Below are positions 37,053-46,508 of a stretch of DNA of 50,351 nt, piece by piece. Numbering within the stretch: the stretch's first letter is position 1; each line of letters starts with the position of its first letter. Both the position numbers and the translations under genes were made by a program. Source of the DNA: a virus (Duplodnaviria; Caudoviricetes); the IMG/VR virus record IMGVR_UViG_3300020042_007694, positions 1 to 50,351 of that record. One strand, 5' to 3'. The notes under the pieces were generated by a model that did not search any database, had not been told where the DNA came from, and saw only the letters and a program-made list of their open reading frames with translations.

Positions 37053-37956
37053 ACTTTTGATAAATGAGACCAGTTTTGCCATCCTGGTCACTCCAGTGTG
37101 CTGTTGCTAGATCATGTATCCACTGGCCTGTACTAAACTGTTGGGGTGTTTCAATGGTGCTCATGTCATGGTGTGCCACAGTCCAGGTAACTGCACTGGC
37201 ATCATCTACCCAGACCGGCACACCTTCTAGCACAGCAGCAACACTGGCACTGCTGTTGAAAAATACTGCTGCATAAGCCGATCGCAAATTCTCCAGCAGT
37301 GTTGATTCAAGTGGATTTATCACCCTCACCTGCTGTCTAACATATTGTTTGTGTTGAAATTTGGTAAAATCTGCCATGTCAAACTTGCCGGGGTGTGGTC
37401 GTATCACAATCTCTCTTGTGGTGTATTTTCGTATCTCTTGAATTTTGTTGGTCAGCCAGGTCACAGGATCCAAGGTCTTCATACTAAATCCGCCATCACG
37501 TTGCATACCTATCAGGATGTACCCATCACGTGTTCGAGATGGTCGCATTGTGATCCCCAGCTGCTGTTGTATTTCTTGCCACTTGGCAGAACTGCTGTTA
37601 CGGTTAGCATACTCAGCACGATCATAAAATGGTCCGCCAAGACTGTATCGAAGATATGTGCCGGTATTGTCTAGATACTTGAAGCAACTGGCATCAATGC
37701 ACATGGTACGGAACCCATGTCTTTGTTGTTCAGCAATCACTTGTTTCCGTAGTGTGATATTTCTGCCACCGGTGTTTGTTGTGGCCCAGCCCAGCATTAC
37801 TGCTAGCTTTGCGGGCTGGCATCTATAGTCCCAATCCACAACCACACTGTGTCCAAGAGCTCGTACACCTTGGGCAAAATTTTCAAGGCATGCTACCTTA
37901 CGCTCGTGCTTGTGTGCGTTGGCCACACTGGATGCATAAACAACCACATCAACCAT
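37033..37956 (-). CDS. KpsS/KpsC-like glycosyltransferase paralog
   Basis: IRPHPG, AVFFNSSASVAAVLEGVPV. Confidence 0.6.
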   Translation of the reverse strand: MVDVVVYASSVANAHKHERKVACLENFAQGVRALGHSVVVDWDYRCQPAKLAVMLGWATTNTGGRNITLRKQVIAEQQRHGFRTMCIDASCFKYLDNTGTYLRYSLGGPFYDRAEYANRNSSSAKWQEIQQQLGITMRPSRTRDGYILIGMQRDGGFSMKTLDPVTWLTNKIQEIRKYTTREIVIRPHPGKFDMADFTKFQHKQYVRQQVRVINPLESTLLENLRSAYAAVFFNSSASVAAVLEGVPVWVDDASAVTWTVAHHDMSTIETPQQFSTGQWIHDLATAHWSDQDGKTGLIYQKFMPFLQ

Positions 37957-38950
37957 TGTTCAAGATCCGCCATGCTGTGCCATCACGCATTTCTAGTTCA
38001 GTAAACTGACAATAGGCCAAATGGTGTGCCCAGGCTTCTACTTCGTCTAGTGTGGGAATACGCGGATTTTCAATTGCACTTATACTTTGGCTGCACAATG
38101 GTCCAGCAGCATTTGGTCCCAGTGTGATAGCTGGTCTGCCATACAGCAGAGCTTCTCCGGCTGCAATACTGCTAAACGTGACCAAACAATGTACATCACG
38201 ATCTAGAGCCATTTCCATGGTGTCATGGTTGACCCTGGTACTACGACCTTGTTTGGTACGAATCATCACAGGGCGGTCAGTGTGCGCACGTATTTCTGCT
38301 TGTACGTTTTCCAACCACTCTTCAAGAACAATATCATAGTTGTTCAAAAGTTTTTGACTAGGTGGAGCAATCAGGATATTTGTACCTTTTCGCATTTTTT
38401 TAATTTGCACACCAGTTTTTTCGAATCTGTCTCCGGGTCGTTCCACAATGTCACCAAACCATTGCACATCGTTTTTAGTTATGCGATGAAATATTTTTTT
38501 CTTGCCATTGCCAAAATATCCTGTGTCCATATAATAAAAGTCTCTACCTGTATCTTTGCAGACCTCCATTTGTTTGCGTTTGGTAATACCGCGCAACACA
38601 ACTGGTGTTGTGTTGAATTCTTCTTTGGCCCAGTTGCTGATTTGGCCTCCAGCACCTTGCACAAAACTTTGTAGTATGGGATCGTACATGTGACCTTTTC
38701 TTTCGTATCTGTATTCACTGTCTGTGCTCACTATGTTGTTCACAGGCAATTCAGCCAGCTGTTGTGTCAGTACCGGCAAGGTTATACCATACACTGATCC
38801 GGCAGGATCCACACGGTATTTCAGCATGTTTTCAAACAGTGCTTTGACATCTGGTGGTGCCTGATCAAATATGCTCGGTGGTGGCGGCTCTAGTGGTGGT
38901 GGCGGTAGTGGCTCTACACATTCATCATGTGGTAATTCTTGCTCGGTCAT
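37949..38950 (-). CDS. KpsS/KpsC-like glycosyltransferase paralog with Pro-rich N-terminus
   Basis: YYMDTGY, TDRPVMIR, LVTFSSIAAGEALLYG, LAYCQF. Confidence 0.6.
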   Translation of the reverse strand: MTEQELPHDECVEPLPPPPLEPPPPSIFDQAPPDVKALFENMLKYRVDPAGSVYGITLPVLTQQLAELPVNNIVSTDSEYRYERKGHMYDPILQSFVQGAGGQISNWAKEEFNTTPVVLRGITKRKQMEVCKDTGRDFYYMDTGYFGNGKKKIFHRITKNDVQWFGDIVERPGDRFEKTGVQIKKMRKGTNILIAPPSQKLLNNYDIVLEEWLENVQAEIRAHTDRPVMIRTKQGRSTRVNHDTMEMALDRDVHCLVTFSSIAAGEALLYGRPAITLGPNAAGPLCSQSISAIENPRIPTLDEVEAWAHHLAYCQFTELEMRDGTAWRILNNG

Positions 38951-39633
38951 TCTATATCACGCTGTTGACAGTATTCAGTGAGTATACGTTCCCGGTGCCA
39001 CTCATTGCCTTGTGGTGTGTCAGCAAACTCGTGAAAACACGGCGTACCCAGGGTGTAATGCAAGAGCTTGGCCGCAGGGTTTGGTCCGTATTCATCAGGT
39101 AGCCAGTTCCATTCAGGAGGTAGAGCACCTATACGGTCATCGTCTATCCACGAGAAGCGGTGGAGCTCACTGCCGGTGCTTCGTTGGACGAACTCGGGAG
39201 TAAGAGCCCGGTTAGGAAAGCTATTACAATTCCACAGAATAACACTACTCCAATTTTTTCGAGGATAGTCTTCATTTTTTGCTCCTAGGTATTTTACAGG
39301 CATACGAGTTTTGTAGTCATGTTTGACCACTTGTACATCTTTGTACACATCTCGCAAGTTCCAAAGTTCCGCAATGTCTCCACGCACAATCATGTCACCA
39401 TCTATAAAGATAGCATGACCAGTGTACTCCATCAAGTGCGGCACTAGAAAACGTGTGTAGATAAAATGATTTGAGCCGTCTGTGTGTGTTTCTGCATAGT
39501 CTCGGAACAGATTTAAGGCCACAGGCACAATGGCCACAGGTTGAGAACTATTACGTATGATACTGTTTACACAAGTATGGTACGCAACAGCTTCTCTGGG
39601 ATCGTAGCCCACGAATACAGGAATTGGTTTCAT
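38947..39633 (-). CDS. GT-A glycosyltransferase (CDI-like)
   Basis: FVGYDPRE, TRFLVP, FIDGDM, YPRKNWSS, HYTLGTP. Confidence 0.8.
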   Translation of the reverse strand: MKPIPVFVGYDPREAVAYHTCVNSIIRNSSQPVAIVPVALNLFRDYAETHTDGSNHFIYTRFLVPHLMEYTGHAIFIDGDMIVRGDIAELWNLRDVYKDVQVVKHDYKTRMPVKYLGAKNEDYPRKNWSSVILWNCNSFPNRALTPEFVQRSTGSELHRFSWIDDDRIGALPPEWNWLPDEYGPNPAAKLLHYTLGTPCFHEFADTPQGNEWHRERILTEYCQQRDIE

Positions 39634-40388
39634 TGGCGTTCTATGTCTTCCTCAACACAATCTTTGCCATACTGAATCTCAATCAGTTTTAGAGGCTGAT
39701 CAGTTTCGTTGCACAGCTGATGCCATTCACGACATTCAATAAAGGTGTGTTCATGCACATCTAGACAGCACTTGACATCACGGTCTGTGCTGGGCTCGTC
39801 CAGAGTATACACTGTTGCAGTGCCTTGGGCCACAAACCAAAACTCCTGTCTAAGATCATGACGTTGCATGCTCAAACAAGTCCAGGGTGCCACAGTGAGT
39901 TCTTTGAGTTTGGTATTGGCACCCACTTCGTGCAGCACACGATAGTATCCCCAGGTACGATCAGTCTTGGGTGCCTTCCATTCTTGTAATATCCAGCTGC
40001 TGCTATTCTTTTTATCTTCGCCGCCTACCCCAAATTTAAAGATCACATCTTGCACTGCCATTTCAGGAATGTTGACTGCTGTGCGATCGCCGCCGTTGGC
40101 AAAGATAATTTCATGATCGGGATGCAGTTGTTTTACTGCTTCGATTGCAGCACAGCTCGATCCGTCAGTGTCATCAAATTCAATCACTCGATCAACCACA
40201 TGTAATGCTGCCACAACAGCAGCACGTTCAGACCAAGGCATAAATGCTGACCCTTTTTTGCGCTGCAACCAAGCGTCACTGTTGAGGCCAACGTACAGCT
40301 TGTCGCCAAGTTCCCTAGCAGCATTAAAATAAGCAATATGTCCGCTGTGAATTGGGTCGAACCCCCCAGTTACTAATACAATTTTCAT
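39630..40388 (-). CDS. cytidylyltransferase (TagD/RfaE-type) fused to a ManC/PMI-like cupin
   Basis: GGFDPIHSGH, GLNSD, NGGDR, SSSWIL; cupin RTWG.Y, LSMQRH...EFW, WHQL, IEIQYG...EEDIER. Confidence 0.88.
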   Translation of the reverse strand: MKIVLVTGGFDPIHSGHIAYFNAARELGDKLYVGLNSDAWLQRKKGSAFMPWSERAAVVAALHVVDRVIEFDDTDGSSCAAIEAVKQLHPDHEIIFANGGDRTAVNIPEMAVQDVIFKFGVGGEDKKNSSSWILQEWKAPKTDRTWGYYRVLHEVGANTKLKELTVAPWTCLSMQRHDLRQEFWFVAQGTATVYTLDEPSTDRDVKCCLDVHEHTFIECREWHQLCNETDQPLKLIEIQYGKDCVEEDIERQ

Positions 40389-40407
40389 ACTGGTATTTAA
40401 ACGCTGA

Positions 40408-41502
40408 TTAGATCAGGTCTAGTTTTTCCCACGGCAAATGGTCTTTGCCAAAGTGTCCATAATTAGTAGTTGATCTATAAATTGGTTGAAACAAATCAAA
40501 TCTCTTGATAATGCCCGTCGGCGTCAAGTCTACATTTTTCTGAACCCAATCAGTGATTGCCCGACTATTGCCATCACTTTCTACATAAAAACTCATGGGC
40601 TGAGCCATTCCAATTGCATAACTGATCTGGCATGTGGCCCAGGTGGCCTGGCCACTGGCCACAATGTTCTTGGCAAGATAACGCATCATGTAGGCTGCAC
40701 TGCGATCCACTTTGGTAGGATCTTTACCACTAAAGGCACCGCCACCATGTGGGCAGGATCCACCATAAGTGTCTACAATAATTTTGCGACCAGTTAATCC
40801 TGTGTCACCATCAGGTCCACCAATAACAAAACGTCCTGTGGGGTTGATGTAGAATTCTGTGGAATCATCAATGTATTTTGTAGGTAGTACATCAATGATA
40901 ATATTTTTTACAGTTGATCGAACATGCTCAATATCCACCAAATCATTGTGCTGAGTGCTACACACCACCTTGGCTATACGCATTGGTGTGCCGTCATCAT
41001 GATATTCAAATGTAACTTGCGACTTAGCATCGGGACCTAACCAATCAACTACTCGGGTTTTGCGAACTTCGGTCAGTCGTTCAACAATACGATGGCTCCA
41101 GTAGATTGCTGAGGGCATGAAATTTACAGTTTCATTACAGGCATACCCAAACATCAATCCCTGATCACCGGCACCAAATGTATCTGTGCCAAGTGCAATG
41201 TCAGCACTTTGCCCGTGCAGTAAGTTTGTAATTTCTACTGTGCGCCAATCAAATCCCGATTGTTCGTATCCGATGTCTTTAATAACTTTACGAACTGCAC
41301 TATCAACTTCTTCTTGGTGTAGTATACCCTTGTATTCGCCTGCAACAATAACACGATTGGTAGTTACCAACGTCTCGCAGGCACATCGTAGTGCAGAATC
41401 TTGTTTGGTCATCACAAGATCTAACACAGTATCGCTAATTGCATCTGCAATTTTATCTGGGTGTCCTTCTGACACCGATTCACTAGTAAACAAATAACTC
41501 AT
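40408..41502 (-). CDS. metK: S-adenosylmethionine synthetase
   Basis: FTSESVSEGHPDK, GAGDQG, GLTGRKII, GGGAFSGKDPTKVDRS, YGHFG. Confidence 0.97.
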   Translation of the reverse strand: MSYLFTSESVSEGHPDKIADAISDTVLDLVMTKQDSALRCACETLVTTNRVIVAGEYKGILHQEEVDSAVRKVIKDIGYEQSGFDWRTVEITNLLHGQSADIALGTDTFGAGDQGLMFGYACNETVNFMPSAIYWSHRIVERLTEVRKTRVVDWLGPDAKSQVTFEYHDDGTPMRIAKVVCSTQHNDLVDIEHVRSTVKNIIIDVLPTKYIDDSTEFYINPTGRFVIGGPDGDTGLTGRKIIVDTYGGSCPHGGGAFSGKDPTKVDRSAAYMMRYLAKNIVASGQATWATCQISYAIGMAQPMSFYVESDGNSRAITDWVQKNVDLTPTGIIKRFDLFQPIYRSTTNYGHFGKDHLPWEKLDLI

Positions 41503-41510
41503 TAATTTCC

Positions 41511-41963
41511 TTAAATTTGAATATCTTCCATGCCGGCTGCTCGTAATCTCACCACATGACCCAACATGAAGTTTTTGCTTTCCATGGCTTTCATAATACC
41601 CAGATAGCGATTTCTCAAATAGGCCACTTCGTTGATGATAGTTTCAAAGTCAATCACCTCGTCTTCGCCATCTACATATTTTTCAGCGTCTCTGCTGGTC
41701 AATGCTCTGGCATATGCTTCAAGATACTTTTGAAAATGTTTTCGACGAATCTTGCGTAGCTGTATGTTGAGATGATTTAATACAGCTTCGATTTCTTGAA
41801 GCTGATTGAATCTATGTTCGGTAATACCAGGTAGTGCTGAGATATTTCTTTCAACTAGGCCGCCAATGGCGCAATCACGCCGTGCCGTATCAAGTTCTTG
41901 CTCAAAATGAGCAATAAAATCTGGGAGCAAGCCTAGATTATTAGTAACACGGTTAAACCACAT
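41511..41963 (-). CDS. uvsY: recombination mediator
   Basis: All-helical ~150 aa with KYVDGEDEV pattern, near uvsX. Confidence 0.7.
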   Translation of the reverse strand: MWFNRVTNNLGLLPDFIAHFEQELDTARRDCAIGGLVERNISALPGITEHRFNQLQEIEAVLNHLNIQLRKIRRKHFQKYLEAYARALTSRDAEKYVDGEDEVIDFETIINEVAYLRNRYLGIMKAMESKNFMLGHVVRLRAAGMEDIQI

Positions 41964-43209
41964 TTTGTATTTCTTTAACAAGCCAAGGGAAAGTCTGTTT
42001 CCAGTCTAGCCCACGGCGGCGATCAATTTCGTTTAGAAAAATTTCTAATTGATTGATTTTTTCTTGATCACGATTAACTGAATTTAATTGCAAGTAGATT
42101 CCAGACATATAAGATTTATATTTTCTATTCCATTCTGTATCTATTTGCATTGCTGTTAAAATATTATCAAAATCTTGTTTGAAAAAATCTTTTCCAAAAA
42201 TTCCAGGTTCTAAACATTTATGTGTGTGTACCACCGTACCAAAATAATGTCCAATATTTCGAGTGTTTCTATGGAGATTTACGTAGTGAATTAACGGTAG
42301 CATAGTTTTTATTGTCAACCCTGTAATAGTCTGATTTACATTTAATACTATCCATTTTTCGTTTACTAAAAATTCAAAATTCTTTTTCCATAATTCTAAA
42401 TCAAGTCCATATCTAACATACTCTTGTTCTTTACCAAAACAATCAATACTGGCAGTTAAATCAAATCTTTTAATTTTGTTTGTATCTACTAATTTTTTTA
42501 TTTCTAGTATAATTTTTTTAAATTTATCGTGTTTGATATTTAAATTTGATATTACATTAAATTCCAAGTTGGGATTGGCCCGACTATTAAGAAATTCCAT
42601 GCATACAGCAAAATCTTTTTGATAAAATGGTTCACCACCTAGAATGTTTAGTCGTTCTAATGTGGAACAATTGCTATCTAGCCATTCCCAAAATTTATTT
42701 TTTAATTTAACATGGTCCAGGGGCGTCACAGCTTGATTTTTAATTTCTACTCCGCGATCACTAAAATCACCAAATTGAATATTTTCTTGTTGTATTTTAC
42801 TACTAAATCCGTCCCAACAATACAGACAACTCATGTTGCATACATTGTCCAAGTAAACTTCAATAATGGTTGGAGATACTCGAACAACATTGGTATTGGT
42901 ATCCAATTCTACAGGAACTTGATTTGGAATTGTTAAATGCAACATTCGATCACTTGTTCCTCCTGCGTCTTCTATATTTTTGCAATATTCACAGCCGCCG
43001 GCGGGCCATTTTCCTTCTAGCATCAACTGACGATCAGATAATTGTTTAGGAGTATTGTGAAAATCAAAAGTGTTGCTATCAACATCAACCACGGATGAAT
43101 TAACTCTATGACAAGAACTAGTTTCGCCTGTGTACAGTCGTATAGTGCTCCAGGCCCATTTAAGTTTGCAAGCAGTTTTTGTATTGATTGGAAAGAATTT
43201 GTCAGTCAT
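41953..43209 (-). CDS. radical SAM protein with N-terminal Cys-rich (twitch/SPASM-like) segment
   Basis: CNMSCLYC, ILGGEP, ASID; N-terminal C...SCH...CEYC; visibly AT-rich. Confidence 0.88.
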   Translation of the reverse strand: MTDKFFPINTKTACKLKWAWSTIRLYTGETSSCHRVNSSVVDVDSNTFDFHNTPKQLSDRQLMLEGKWPAGGCEYCKNIEDAGGTSDRMLHLTIPNQVPVELDTNTNVVRVSPTIIEVYLDNVCNMSCLYCWDGFSSKIQQENIQFGDFSDRGVEIKNQAVTPLDHVKLKNKFWEWLDSNCSTLERLNILGGEPFYQKDFAVCMEFLNSRANPNLEFNVISNLNIKHDKFKKIILEIKKLVDTNKIKRFDLTASIDCFGKEQEYVRYGLDLELWKKNFEFLVNEKWIVLNVNQTITGLTIKTMLPLIHYVNLHRNTRNIGHYFGTVVHTHKCLEPGIFGKDFFKQDFDNILTAMQIDTEWNRKYKSYMSGIYLQLNSVNRDQEKINQLEIFLNEIDRRRGLDWKQTFPWLVKEIQNVV

Positions 43210-43466
43210 TAATCTTCGTACTCAGACTCAATATCGTCATCCTCATCAAAATCTTCTTCTTCAGGTTCGTCGTCAAGATCCTTGATGTACGCAGCCAATG
43301 CTGCCTTGACATCACTGTCGCCTTTGAATGTGGTGCGAATTTCGTCCGGAGCAACATCATTGTCGACCAGTACAGAAACCAATACTTCTGCTGCTTCGGA
43401 ACGATCAACTGTGTTGATGTATCGTTTTAGTTCATTCCAGATTTCACTTGATAGATCCGCTGACAT
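43209..43466 (-). CDS. small acidic hypothetical protein
   Basis: Asp/Glu-rich tail; follows uvsX directly. Confidence 0.75.
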   Translation of the reverse strand: MSADLSSEIWNELKRYINTVDRSEAAEVLVSVLVDNDVAPDEIRTTFKGDSDVKAALAAYIKDLDDEPEEEDFDEDDDIESEYED

Positions 43467-43468
43467 TT

Positions 43469-44527
43469 TTATTCCTCCGTTGTTGTTTCGAGTACTGGTT
43501 TTTCTTCTTTCTGATTGGCAAAGTCTGCCATCAGTTTATCTAAACATCCGCCTTCGTTGGCTTCCCACTTTTTACGGAACTGTTTGATAATTTCGCCGTC
43601 GCTGGTGACAAATACCAAACTGTTGCCCTCTTTCTTGAGAATCTCTTTCTTTTCTGCTAGATCAACCAAGCCTGAATGTGGACTCATGCCAGTTGAGTAA
43701 GGAATTTTGACCTGCATGCCTTCAAAAGGTTTGGCATAACGTGTTTTCATCACTTTGCAGCCTGCACGAATACCCATGACATCAGTAATCTTGTTGCCAT
43801 CTTCATCTTCTTTGAGTTTCATTTTCTTCATGGCAACCACGATTGAACTTGCGTAGATAAAACCCTGACCACCTGAGATCTTGTCATCTGGGTCAAACAT
43901 GTCTTGGCTGGCGTAGGTATGATTGGTACAAACCAGGCCCACATTGTAACTGCCAAACATGTTGACAGAGTTACGAACAAGACTTGTCAGTGCTTTGGGT
44001 TTACGACCCATGTCACCTTTCATATCACCTGCTTCAAACTGATTAACGTCAGTGGGAGTCAGCAACATGCCCAATGAGTCGATGACCCACAGCACTTTCA
44101 TGCGTTCGCTTTCTGGCAATGCTTTGTACTCTGTCATGAATGTTGAAATAGCCTTGGCCACGTCATCAATCATGCTCATATTGAGTTTGAGCAACTTGTC
44201 TTGACCTGTGTCAACGCCAAGAGCATGTAACCAAGATTCGTCAAGTGCGTTTTCTGTGTCCACAAGAATAACAAAGATACCTTGATCTTGTGCGTTCTTT
44301 ACAATATTGCCACTACAGATATAACTCTTGCCAGCGCCGGATTCGCCGGCAAACACTGTTACTTTACCCAGTGGAATGCCTCGATTGAAATCTCCACTGA
44401 TAAGATAATTTAATGCATAGTTGCCTGTTGAAATCCAATCTGTTGGATCATTAAATCCAATGCTGAGGCCTTGGATGCTTTTTGTGATGTCCTTGCGGAA
44501 CTTGCTTACGTCAAATGGTTTTCCCAT
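43469..44527 (-). CDS. uvsX: RecA-like recombinase
   Basis: GESGAGKS, DTENA, IDSLG, NHTY, SGGQG..YASS. Confidence 0.92.
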   Translation of the reverse strand: MGKPFDVSKFRKDITKSIQGLSIGFNDPTDWISTGNYALNYLISGDFNRGIPLGKVTVFAGESGAGKSYICSGNIVKNAQDQGIFVILVDTENALDESWLHALGVDTGQDKLLKLNMSMIDDVAKAISTFMTEYKALPESERMKVLWVIDSLGMLLTPTDVNQFEAGDMKGDMGRKPKALTSLVRNSVNMFGSYNVGLVCTNHTYASQDMFDPDDKISGGQGFIYASSIVVAMKKMKLKEDEDGNKITDVMGIRAGCKVMKTRYAKPFEGMQVKIPYSTGMSPHSGLVDLAEKKEILKKEGNSLVFVTSDGEIIKQFRKKWEANEGGCLDKLMADFANQKEEKPVLETTTEE

Positions 44528-44529
44528 AA

Positions 44530-45342
44530 TTATTCCTCTATAATAATATTTTTAATATGCTGATACGTTTGTATTTTAGCACAAGCATCGTCCAGGTTGT
44601 CAATCTTTCCGAGTATAAGTTTTCCATGCCCTAGTTTTTTGTTATAAGGATCTATGTTGTGACTTTTGAGCCAATTGATATACCCCAAATCTTCAAAACA
44701 ATCATAGTCTTTAAAACAAATACTAGCCTCACCACTGTAGTAATGAAGATTTTGAACGTTTTGATAATCCAATGGAAGATTGTCTTCATACAAATCAATA
44801 AATTCTTTGCCTAATTCAACATAGTGAACAAACAGTGTTCCTGCTGGCATACTAAATTCAAAATGAGTATAATCTTCATCCGCTAAGGGATGTCGACGGT
44901 ATTGATCTTTGTTAAAACTTATATATACCACTGGTACAATTTGTTTCTTTTTTTCAATTCTATGAATAAAAAAGTTTAAGTTTCTGATTGCCGTTTTAAG
45001 TTCAATATTTGCCACGGTAAACAGTCTAGTTGGTTTTCCAAATTTACCAGATAACTGCTCAAATTTTAAATGCAAGTAATTAAAATATTCTTGATCTTGA
45101 TCTAACAAATTTTCTTTTATGTCAATAAAATTTTTTAAATATTGATTGATTGTAACACAAGATTGCATTAGTATTTCAGCAGACTGCTCTAGAGACATTA
45201 ACCCAGCAAAGGCTTCTTGTTGTTCAAAATTACAGTTGACTAGGCACCAGCGCAGTTCTTGTATCCATTTCTGAACAAAAGCATTGTTGTTCAAAGTGAT
45301 AGTAAAAGATGCTTCGCCGTTGGTACCTAGCACAACCTTCAT
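44530..45342 (-). CDS. AT-rich hypothetical protein, paralog of 28131-28952
   Basis: DQEYFNYLHLKFE, YVELGK, LILGKI. Confidence 0.7.
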   Translation of the reverse strand: MKVVLGTNGEASFTITLNNNAFVQKWIQELRWCLVNCNFEQQEAFAGLMSLEQSAEILMQSCVTINQYLKNFIDIKENLLDQDQEYFNYLHLKFEQLSGKFGKPTRLFTVANIELKTAIRNLNFFIHRIEKKKQIVPVVYISFNKDQYRRHPLADEDYTHFEFSMPAGTLFVHYVELGKEFIDLYEDNLPLDYQNVQNLHYYSGEASICFKDYDCFEDLGYINWLKSHNIDPYNKKLGHGKLILGKIDNLDDACAKIQTYQHIKNIIIEE

Positions 45343-45346
45343 TACA

Positions 45347-46330
45347 TTACTTCTGTTGGCGGCTACGAATCATGGCCAAAATGTCTTCGGCTTTCTGTGC
45401 TGGTTTTGGAGCAGCAACAGGCTCAGCAGCAAAAGATTTTTCTGCTGCCGCAACATCTTCGTCAAAATCTGCAACTGGAGTAGGTGCCAAACGTGCTGCC
45501 GGCACAGATGAGTCATCAGATGTTGCGCTGCCAGCAGGTGCGTTGACACCAGCAGGGCGGAAGTATTGACCCCAACGCTCTGTATTGTAAGGCTGTCCAT
45601 CTACCGACGCTTCGAACATTTCCTTGATTACCTTGAGCTCAACTGCGCTGGGCTTCTTGGGCAAGAATGTGCTGAGATCATACAGGCCATGTGTGGCCAC
45701 AGCAGCCTGTTCAGCTTCGGTCAAGGCCGATTCCTTACGAGCCCACTTTGATGTGTTGTAGTCTGCATATCCGCCCTTGCTTGTTTTAGCAATGCGGAAA
45801 TCCAGTCCACGCAACATGTCAGTTGGCAATTCTTCCAGTTCTGGATCCATCAGTGCGCCCTTGATTAGGGTAAACAACTGAGGTCCAATGATGAACTTGC
45901 GAATAGGATTGTCCGGTGTTTTGTCGTCGCCAATGGGATTCTCACGCACAAAGCCCTGGAAAATGTAACTGCGTTTTTTCCAGTACTTGCGACCCATGTC
46001 TTCAAGACTCTTGTCCTTGAACCATGTGCGTACTTCTGCCAAGATTGGGCAAGCATCGCCCCACATCTCAACGCATGGTACTTGAACCATGACTTGTTTT
46101 GAATCCATCTCACCTTTGACACCATTGAATGGCAGTCGAATCATTGCTCGCTCTGCCCAAAAGAATGTGTTTTTTGTGTTACCGTCTGGCAGGAAACGGA
46201 GTACGGCTTCTTTGCCTTCTTCCATGTTCCAGTGAGGGTAAATTGATTTGTCGCCGCCTCCAGTGGATTGCCCACCTTTGTTGCTGTCTGCGGCCTGTAG
46301 CCGTGCGCGGATTTCTGCTAATGATGCCAT
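45347..46330 (-). CDS. single-stranded DNA-binding protein (gp32-like)
   Basis: LRFLPD, CPI, GLDFRIAK, ADYNTSKW; adjacent to uvsX. Confidence 0.88.
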   Translation of the reverse strand: MASLAEIRARLQAADSNKGGQSTGGGDKSIYPHWNMEEGKEAVLRFLPDGNTKNTFFWAERAMIRLPFNGVKGEMDSKQVMVQVPCVEMWGDACPILAEVRTWFKDKSLEDMGRKYWKKRSYIFQGFVRENPIGDDKTPDNPIRKFIIGPQLFTLIKGALMDPELEELPTDMLRGLDFRIAKTSKGGYADYNTSKWARKESALTEAEQAAVATHGLYDLSTFLPKKPSAVELKVIKEMFEASVDGQPYNTERWGQYFRPAGVNAPAGSATSDDSSVPAARLAPTPVADFDEDVAAAEKSFAAEPVAAPKPAQKAEDILAMIRSRQQK

Positions 46331-46507
46331 ATTGTGTTGCCTTTCTTGTGCGTTAATATGATTTTAAAAATTTAAGATCTACTTAAATGTTGCCTACAAG
46401 TTATTATAACACAGCTTGTCTGTGTTTCCTACCACGGTAGCGAACTTTGCCTATCTAGTTGCTTACGGAAGGGCATGCCACTACACGCCCTTCTTTGTTT
46501 TATTTAT
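46331..46507 (-). promoter_or_regulatory. structured 5' leader and promoters of the gp32-like gene
   Basis: CATAAATA motif, four hairpins, three AGGCAA repeats, internal TGTTATAAT. Confidence 0.55.
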
Positions 46508-46508
46508 G

